This document shows positions 35,389 through 41,098 of a stretch of DNA of 41,098 bases, piece by piece. How positions within the stretch are numbered: position 1 is the first letter of the stretch; each line of letters starts with the position of its first letter. The position numbers and the translations under genes were made by a program. This stretch comes from a virus: the UHGV virus genome UHGV-0386433; one strand, 5' to 3'. Below the pieces are notes generated by a model. The model saw only the letters and a list, made by a program, of their open reading frames with translations. It had not been told where the DNA came from and made no database searches.

Positions 35389-35431
35389 CTATGAAAACTA
35401 AAACTAATGCTTGACAAGCTATGAAAACTAA
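35389..35431. promoter_or_regulatory. Operator-like direct repeats CTATGAAAACTAA (35389-35401 and 35419-35431). An inverted copy TTAGTTTTC lies at 35481-35489.
   Basis: Read directly. The second copy lies within the spacer of the rightward promoter. Confidence 0.5.
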
Positions 35432-35439
35432 GATATACT
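35411..35439 (+). promoter_or_regulatory. Rightward early promoter: TTGACA-17 bp-TATACT.
   Basis: Near-consensus sigma-A hexamers at 35411-35416 and 35434-35439. Confidence 0.6.
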
Positions 35440-35513
35440 ATAAATGTCTTAGGAAACATAGTTAAAGCAAAAGATGTTGCTTAGTTTTCTTATTTAGTTT
35501 AGCTGGTAACTTG

Positions 35514-35542
35514 ATTATATAAGAAAACATAGCTAATGTCAA
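35514..35542 (-). promoter_or_regulatory. Leftward promoter on the - strand: TTGACA-17 bp-TATAAT (forward TGTCAA 35537-35542, ATTATA 35514-35519). Faces the rightward promoter.
   Basis: Perfect consensus hexamers on the complementary strand. Confidence 0.5.
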
Positions 35543-35568
35543 TATCCATTTTTGAAAGGAGGATATTT

Positions 35569-35775
35569 TTGTACGAAAAATATGTGATTGCCAGGGATGA
35601 AGCTGGAATTACCGATTACAGAGTAGCAAAGGATACTGGAATATCAACGGCTTCTTTAAGTAATTGGAAAAAGAATTTTGAAACTGATGGGAAAAGCGGA
35701 TATAAACCAAAAGCAGATAAACTTAAGGTTTTGGCAGAATATTTTCACAAGCCCATTGAGTATTTCTTAGAGTAG
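35569..35775 (+). CDS. Cro-like XRE-family HTH protein (68 aa).
   Basis: TTG start 6 nt after AAAGGAGG. The track's ATG 35536 has no RBS. HTH TDYRVAKDTGISTASLSNWKKN. Confidence 0.6.
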   Translation: MYEKYVIARDEAGITDYRVAKDTGISTASLSNWKKNFETDGKSGYKPKADKLKVLAEYFHKPIEYFLE

Positions 35776-35783
35776 GAGGTTTA

Positions 35784-36524
35784 ATGGAAGAGATTATAAA
35801 AATCAATTACGATGCTGAACATCCGACCGTATCGGCAAGAGAGTTGCATGAGGGATTAGAGATTGGCACACGGTTTAATGATTGGTTTCAGAGGATGGTA
35901 GAGTATGGATTTTTAGAAGGAAAAGACTTTTACTCAAAAAAGAGTAAAACCTCAGAAATCGGCGGAAGACCATCAATAGACTATGAAATCACTGTAGACA
36001 TGGCAAAGCAGATTTGTATGATACAGCGTACCGAAAAGGGCAGACAGTACCGCCAGTATTTCCTTGACTTAGAGAAAGCATGGAATACACCGGAACAGGT
36101 AATGGCTAGGGCTTTGAAAATGGCTGGAAAGACCATTGACAAACTAAAGTCACAAAACACTGTACTCCTGGAGGACGTTCAGCGTATGAAACCGAAAGAA
36201 ATATTTGCTGATGCTGTGGCAACTAGTCATACATCAATTCTTATTGGTGACTTGGCGAAGCTGATTAAACAAAACGGCATAGACATCGGACAGAAAAGAT
36301 TATTTTCTTGGTTGAGGGATAATGGCTATCTGATTAAACGGAATGGTTCTGAATGGAATATGCCAACACAACGAAGTATGGAGGCAGGATTATTTGAGGT
36401 AAAGGAAAGTACAGTGAATAATCCTGATGGCTCCGTAAGAATAAACAAGACTACCAAAGTTACTGGAAAAGGGCAGCAGTATTTTATCAACAAGTTTTTA
36501 AGGAGGGAAAATGGAAGAAATTAG
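35784..36524 (+). CDS. Antirepressor (AntA/AntB N-terminal domain plus KilA-C/ANT C-terminal domain).
   Basis: KilAC-like segment ILIGDLAKLIKQNGIDIGQKRLFSWLRDNGYLIKRNGSEWNMPTQRSMEAGLF. Confidence 0.8.
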   Translation: MEEIIKINYDAEHPTVSARELHEGLEIGTRFNDWFQRMVEYGFLEGKDFYSKKSKTSEIGGRPSIDYEITVDMAKQICMIQRTEKGRQYRQYFLDLEKAWNTPEQVMARALKMAGKTIDKLKSQNTVLLEDVQRMKPKEIFADAVATSHTSILIGDLAKLIKQNGIDIGQKRLFSWLRDNGYLIKRNGSEWNMPTQRSMEAGLFEVKESTVNNPDGSVRINKTTKVTGKGQQYFINKFLRRENGRN

Positions 36525-36879
36525 TAAAGTATTACAAAGTAATCCGGCACTATTAGACCTTTTTTCGACAGCTGTAATCTGTGATGAAGAGCAAATAAAA
36601 GCAGCAACAATTGTATTAAATAAGTTGAAAAGAAAAAATGATGTAGAACACATGAAAAATAGAGAAATCCTTCGCAAGCAGCTGGAACTACTTGCAAAGG
36701 AATCCAAAAGATGTATGCCGACTGAATTGGCTGATTTATCCAATTCTGCTGCTGAGATTTACGAAAAATTATCTAATCCTCATCCATTCGGCATCGCGAT
36801 TTTCCTGGGAGTATTGATAAATTTTTCTTTCGGTTTCTTTAAAAAGTTTATAAATCTCTTGCGGGGTCATGGAAGATAA
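36511..36879 (+). CDS. Hypothetical protein. The C-terminal hydrophobic segment may be read-through.
   Basis: ATG overlaps the end of the antirepressor gene. The C-terminal 110 nt overlap a convergent - strand ORF that has an RBS. Confidence 0.45.
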   Translation: MEEISKVLQSNPALLDLFSTAVICDEEQIKAATIVLNKLKRKNDVEHMKNREILRKQLELLAKESKRCMPTELADLSNSAAEIYEKLSNPHPFGIAIFLGVLINFSFGFFKKFINLLRGHGR

Positions 36880-36957
36880 ATCTTTGCTTTGTATGTATGC
36901 AAAAGAAACCGCTTCATATTCATTAGCAGGAAACGCTTTTAAATGAACATCTGACAT
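36769..36957 (-). CDS. Possible small protein (62 aa).
   Basis: RBS AAAGGGGA lies 5 nt before ATG 36957 on the - strand. Confidence 0.3.
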   Translation of the reverse strand: MSDVHLKAFPANEYEAVSFAYIQSKDLSSMTPQEIYKLFKETERKIYQYSQENRDAEWMRIR

Positions 36958-37341
36958 ATTTATCCCCTTTCTTATGTACTCGGCGCGGCAACGCCTGTAA
37001 ATACAGTATAGGACAGGGGGAGAAAAAAGACAAGCATTGGATTTTCGCAGGAATTTGCGAAAAAGGAGGAAAGACTATTTTATTAGGAACTCAATTTTAT
37101 AATGATTGCATTTCGCTTAGTGATAAATCGTTTGATGAACTTGTACATATGCAATCAGAGAAATATCCGTGGCTGGATTTCTTAATGAAGGAAGTCGCAG
37201 AAGCAAGGAAACAAAATAAAGGTGGGGCCACCTGTCTCGAACACAGATAACCCCGGTATCACACATTAATCAGACTAATGCGGATACAGGAATATTTTAC
37301 CATTTTCTCCTGTATTACGCAAGCACAGGAGGAAAATATTT

Positions 37342-37608
37342 ATGAACATTGAAAACCAGAAGGACAAGCCAACATGGGAAGGGCTGGAGCAGTATTTTGC
37401 TGTAGAGGTAATCGAGCAGAGTAAGAGGAATGCAAAGCATTGGTTTATAGCGTTCCTGGTAACGCTGGCGGCGCTGATTGGCACCAATGCTGCATGGCTT
37501 TATACCGCGGGTACATATGACTATGTTTCCCAGGATGGCACTGGACTGAACAACATTAATACAGGAACACAAGGAGACTTAGAGAATGGGACAGCGAGCC
37601 AGGATTAA
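37342..37608 (+). CDS. Small membrane protein (one TM helix).
   Basis: RBS AGGAGGAAAA. Hydrophobic segment WFIAFLVTLAALIGTNAAWLY. Confidence 0.5.
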   Translation: MNIENQKDKPTWEGLEQYFAVEVIEQSKRNAKHWFIAFLVTLAALIGTNAAWLYTAGTYDYVSQDGTGLNNINTGTQGDLENGTASQD

Positions 37609-37659
37609 AAAGAACGGCAAGAGCCGGGGAATCAAGAGGAAGAGAAGGAGATAGCGAAA

Positions 37660-37776
37660 ATGATACAGTTATTTTTGCTTGGTGCAGTTGTTGGCGGAGT
37701 AGTCGGAGCCATCAGTATTATATCTGCATTGATATATTTTTCTGATAAGCAGAAGGGGGATAAGGATGAAATCTAA
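37660..37776 (+). CDS. Small TM peptide (38 aa; MIQLFLLGAVVGGVVGAISIISALIYF...).
   Basis: RBS GAAGGAG 9 nt upstream. Not in the track. Confidence 0.3.
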   Translation: MIQLFLLGAVVGGVVGAISIISALIYFSDKQKGDKDEI

Positions 37777-37993
37777 GAAGCCGTCAGAATGGCAAAAGGA
37801 CAGCATCCGGCTACTGATAGAAGAAGCCAAAATAAGAAATAACTTTGATGATAATGAGCTGGCCTTGTATTTGGGTTTTTGTACAAGCTCGTTTAGAGAG
37901 CGTAAAGCCAACCCTCAAAAACTGACAATAGAAAAATTGCAGATACTTCTGCAATTGACCGGGAAGGAGATGAAATTTGTTGAAACAGCTTGA
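37766..37993 (+). CDS. Hypothetical protein.
   Basis: RBS GGGGGATAAGG. Confidence 0.45.
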   Translation: MKSKKPSEWQKDSIRLLIEEAKIRNNFDDNELALYLGFCTSSFRERKANPQKLTIEKLQILLQLTGKEMKFVETA

Positions 37994-38116
37994 ATACATA
38001 CCTGTTGGTAAAACCCACTTAAGCCCGCGGCAGAAAGACCGGATGATTATTCGAGGCTTAACCGCTGCTGTGATGGTCTTAAGCGGATTGTTGGTGATAT
38101 GTCTGGCGGTGATATT

Positions 38117-38296
38117 ATGAGCCGCCGCCGGAATGGCACCAACCGGGCCGGAGCAATGGTGAATGCAAGCCGGTACACGGGATATGGTAAGCCAATAAAA
38201 AAGGCCGTCAGCCTGGCAGGGCTAAACGACCGAATACAAAAAATAACTCAGTCTGATTATATCAGAGATTATGGAGGTTTGCAAGATGGAAGATAA
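38117..38296 (+). CDS. Hypothetical basic protein.
   Basis: ORF; the start is uncertain (ATG 38099/38117). Confidence 0.35.
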   Translation: MSRRRNGTNRAGAMVNASRYTGYGKPIKKAVSLAGLNDRIQKITQSDYIRDYGGLQDGR

Positions 38297-38459
38297 GTAT
38301 AAGATACTATATCACTATCTTTGGACACGTTTTAGAAAAGAGACTGCACAAAAGGCCATAGATGCAGCTAGTACTGAGGTAAAGGAGCATTATGACCAAA
38401 TATTAGAGGATATGGCTATGATAGAGGCAGAAGTTATTTTGGAGGAGTATTGTGAATAA
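38286..38459 (+). CDS. Hypothetical protein (57 aa).
   Basis: RBS GGAGG 8 nt before ATG 38286. Confidence 0.4.
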   Translation: MEDKYKILYHYLWTRFRKETAQKAIDAASTEVKEHYDQILEDMAMIEAEVILEEYCE

Positions 38460-38601
38460 CAGTCAATGTGATTCTTGCGGATGTTTTCTTGACCCGGAAC
38501 GTTGGAAAGAATGTGATAAATGCAGGGAGAAGGACAGAGAACGTCATAAACAGCATTATAAGGAGATTATAAAACATGAATCTGGAACACAAGACGATTG
38601 A
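38452..38601 (+). CDS. Small zinc-ribbon-like protein (49 aa; CDSCGC...CDKC).
   Basis: RBS GGAGGAG before GTG 38452. Not in the track. Confidence 0.35.
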   Translation: MNNSQCDSCGCFLDPERWKECDKCREKDRERHKQHYKEIIKHESGTQDD

Positions 38602-38740
38602 CGGTACTGCAATGGTATCTTATCTCCGGGATAGACAGTCACACTTAAGCATTGGAAGTGCTGCAAGAAAGGAACTTGAAATGGCTGTCATCTATATAGT
38701 TGGAACGCTCATGAAGGAGGGCAAAGATGGAGAATCTTGA
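38576..38740 (+). CDS. Small hypothetical protein (54 aa).
   Basis: RBS AAGGAG before ATG 38576. Not in the track. Confidence 0.35.
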   Translation: MNLEHKTIDGTAMVSYLRDRQSHLSIGSAARKELEMAVIYIVGTLMKEGKDGES

Positions 38741-39389
38741 CTTATACGAAAAGGTCCGTTCTGTCCCCGATAGTGCAAAGAAAACCATTAAGGGAGGCCG
38801 TACAAGCGGTATGACCGATATTAACCCCATGTGGCGCATAAAAGTCCTTACTGAGCAGTTCGGGCCATGTGGGATAGGATGGTACTACATCCCAACGCGG
38901 AAGTGGCTGGAAACATCAGGAAATGAGATAGCGGCTTTTGTGGATATCGAATTATACATAAAGGTTGATGGAGAGTGGTCCAAACCGATCCCAGGTAACG
39001 GTGGGAGCATGTTTGCATCAAAGGAAAAGTCTGGAATATATGTATCTGATGAATGTTACAAGATGGCAACCACAGATGCTATATCGGTAGCGTGTAAGCA
39101 GCTTGGAATTGGCGCGGATGTTTATTGGGATTCAGACCGGACTAAATATAACAAGCAGAATAATCCAGATTTGATTAATGAATCTGATATCAATGAAATA
39201 TTCCTGGAACTGAAACGGACAGGAATAGGGATTAAAAATGTGCTATCAAAGTATGGACTGACTGATATCCATGATATGACCAGTTCTCAGGCGAATGAAA
39301 CAATCAAAAAGCTGAAAAAGAATCCAGATAAAGAGTCAGCAACCCAGCCTCCAAATGATATGCAGGATAGTGGACTTCCCTGGAATTAA
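38727..39389 (+). CDS. Rad52-like single-strand annealing protein (Sak-type).
   Basis: Motif MWRIKVLTEQFGPCGIGW resembles the Rad52 core (FGFNGWS). RBS AAGGAGGG. Confidence 0.55.
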   Translation: MENLDLYEKVRSVPDSAKKTIKGGRTSGMTDINPMWRIKVLTEQFGPCGIGWYYIPTRKWLETSGNEIAAFVDIELYIKVDGEWSKPIPGNGGSMFASKEKSGIYVSDECYKMATTDAISVACKQLGIGADVYWDSDRTKYNKQNNPDLINESDINEIFLELKRTGIGIKNVLSKYGLTDIHDMTSSQANETIKKLKKNPDKESATQPPNDMQDSGLPWN

Positions 39390-39401
39390 AGAGGTGATTA
39401 T

Positions 39402-40028
39402 ATGCATGAGTCAGCGGAAATAACAGCATACAAGCTGGTTCCAGAGGGAACATATTTACAGATATTCATACCCAGAAAAAATCTCATGGAACCAATTATT
39501 GAGAAGCACATGAATAGCTGCAGCGTTTGGCTTGACGATGGTAGACACATCAGTTCAGACCAGCGCCGAAAGATTTACGCCACGGTCAACGACATATCAG
39601 CCTATTCCGGTAACGTGCCGGAGGTAGAGAAAGAATGGCTTAAGTATTTGCATATCAACCGGACCGGATGCGGATATTTTTCTCTGTCTGATTGCTCCAT
39701 GGATACTGCTAGGGAGTTTATCAATACCATGCTGGATTATGCGCTGGAACAGGGGATACCATTATTAGATTTTGCCCTTAACCGTACCGATGATATAGGT
39801 CATTACCTATATGCATGTTTAAAGCTTCGGAAATGCGCCATATGCGGCAGGGATGGAGAGATACACCATGTAGACACAATTGGTATGGGCAATGACCGCA
39901 GAAAGGTTGATGATTCGGATTACCGGAAAATATGCCTATGCCGTAAGCACCATACAGAAGCACATAGTATTGGTATGACAGAGTTTGAGGACAGATATAA
40001 GGTGTACGGAATCAAGTTTGATAACTGA
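39402..40028 (+). CDS. DUF968/HNH-like nuclease domain protein.
   Basis: C-terminal CAICGRDGEIHHVD...CLCRKHHTEAH. Confidence 0.55.
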   Translation: MHESAEITAYKLVPEGTYLQIFIPRKNLMEPIIEKHMNSCSVWLDDGRHISSDQRRKIYATVNDISAYSGNVPEVEKEWLKYLHINRTGCGYFSLSDCSMDTAREFINTMLDYALEQGIPLLDFALNRTDDIGHYLYACLKLRKCAICGRDGEIHHVDTIGMGNDRRKVDDSDYRKICLCRKHHTEAHSIGMTEFEDRYKVYGIKFDN

Positions 40029-40060
40029 TATATTGAGAAGAAAAGGATGGAAAAAAACAT

Positions 40061-40246
40061 ATGGCAACTATTTTAGATGCATTTGCAAAAGAGGATAGAG
40101 TGGAAGTGACTTTTTCGGATTTTTATAGAATCATGCGAGAGAGCACAAAATCAGAACTAGTGATGAATGCAATAAACTGTAACGTGCCTCATCGATACAT
40201 ACGAGAGATGGTCACTGGTAAGTCTGAGGCCCCAGGACAGTCTTAA
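40061..40246 (+). CDS. Hypothetical protein.
   Basis: ORF with RBS GAAAAGGATGGA. Confidence 0.4.
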   Translation: MATILDAFAKEDRVEVTFSDFYRIMRESTKSELVMNAINCNVPHRYIREMVTGKSEAPGQS

Positions 40247-40402
40247 AGTTAATACTGATATTTTGGTATCTATTCCCCTTGCGGGATGATACATACAACG
40301 GAAATGAGTACTGGTCAGAATGCTGGTATGTCATGATATACTTTCTGACCCTGGGCCGGGACCTATCAGACCTCCTTTACCCGGCCCGAAAGGAGGGATT
40401 AT

Positions 40403-40786
40403 TTGAAGAATAAAAGAACTGTTAGCGAAGAAGTTCAGGCAAGGGTATATAATGCGCTCCTTGTAGGAAAAGAGAACGCATTGAACCGGGATGAAATGGT
40501 GTCAAAGACAGGAGAAGAAGATAGAGATATACGAACTGCGATTGAAATGTTAAGACACGATAAGGTAATCCTTACACTTCCAAAAGGAAAAGGTTACTAT
40601 ATTCCCCTTGATGATGCACAGGGGAGGCAAGAAGCCTATAGATGGATTGAAAGCCAGGATAACCGGATAGAGAGTATTAAAGCGGCAGAACGTGGCGCAG
40701 AACTCTTTGTAGGACGAAATAAAAATAATAAAAAGAAAGATACCGGATTTCCTGGACAACTGAGTATGTTTGGTGCTGGAGTATGA
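40403..40786 (+). CDS. Hypothetical protein.
   Basis: RBS AAAGGAGGG before TTG 40403. Confidence 0.45.
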   Translation: MKNKRTVSEEVQARVYNALLVGKENALNRDEMVSKTGEEDRDIRTAIEMLRHDKVILTLPKGKGYYIPLDDAQGRQEAYRWIESQDNRIESIKAAERGAELFVGRNKNNKKKDTGFPGQLSMFGAGV

Positions 40787-41098
40787 GGGATAGTGTTGTA
40801 TTTTATCGCAGCTTTTGGGAAGCCATTAAACAATTGCCTGAAAAAGAAAGATTGGAATCCATAACAGCAATTTTGGAATATGGACTTGATGAAATAGAAC
40901 CTAAATCAGCAGGCGTTGCATCAGCAATGTTTTTAATGGCAAAACCACAAATTGATGCAAATAATAGAAGATATCAAAATGGAACCAAAGGTGGAAGACC
41001 ATCAACCAAGGAAGAACCTATTAATAACCAAGATTTAACCTATGAAAAACCAAACAATAACCAAGAAATAACCAAAGGAAAACCTAAGGAAAAGGATA
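40783..41098 (+). CDS. Replisome organizer, N-terminal domain (3' partial; FYRSFWEAIKQLPEKERLESITAILEYGL...PQID).
   Basis: phage_rep_org_N-like motif. The ORF runs off the window end, in frame with the ORF at the window start. Confidence 0.55.
   Translation, partial: MRDSVVFYRSFWEAIKQLPEKERLESITAILEYGLDEIEPKSAGVASAMFLMAKPQIDANNRRYQNGTKGGRPSTKEEPINNQDLTYEKPNNNQEITKGKPKEKD

Noticed and set aside
35536-35568. ATG 35536 as start of the cro-like gene
   Set aside because: No SD upstream. AAAGGAGG lies inside this stretch and correctly precedes TTG 35569.
37585-37650. 22-aa highly basic peptide MGQRARIKKNGKSRGIKRKRRR
   Set aside because: Too short, overlaps the end of the neighbouring gene, and has no RBS.
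1-41098. tRNA or rRNA genes
   Set aside because: No GGTTCGAATCC-type T-loop, cloverleaf candidates or rRNA-like stretches were seen by eye. A tRNAscan run would settle this.

Overview
The 41.1-kb window reads as one complete, circularly permuted genome of a temperate siphovirus-like phage. The host is likely a low-to-moderate-GC Firmicute, probably Clostridia-like, judging from the ImmR/ImmA switch, an XkdX-like gene, a CW_binding_1-type endolysin and AGGAGG ribosome-binding sites. Both window ends fall in frame inside the same replisome-organizer gene (N-terminal half 40783..41098, C-terminal half 1..344). Module order on the + strand: early/replication-associated small genes (1-5.7 kb), packaging (TerS/TerL/portal, 5.7-9 kb), head morphogenesis (MuF-like, scaffold, major capsid, 9-19.1 kb), connector and tail (19.2-30.5 kb), XkdW/XkdX-like genes and an M15 endolysin (30.7-32.0 kb), then a repeat-rich attP-like region. 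On the - strand lie a tyrosine integrase, a membrane zinc-ribbon moron, an ImmA-like protease and an XRE repressor (32.3-35.4 kb). A face-to-face promoter switch then leads back on the + strand into cro-like, antirepressor, Rad52-like SSAP and DUF968 genes (35.5-41.1 kb). No tRNA, rRNA or CRISPR was seen. The most unusual content is a ~4.2-kb cargo island inside the head module (13.1-17.4 kb). It holds a C39-like peptidase, a sigma-region-4-like mini regulator and several Gly/Met/Gln/Pro/Cys-rich low-complexity proteins, with its own promoter and terminators. Also unusual are an 885-aa BppU-like receptor-binding-type repeat protein between the portal and MuF genes, a standalone LexA DNA-binding-domain protein, and a catalytically truncated tyrosine-recombinase-like gene preceded by two perfect hairpins. 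All functional calls are from motif recognition by eye; no searches were run.
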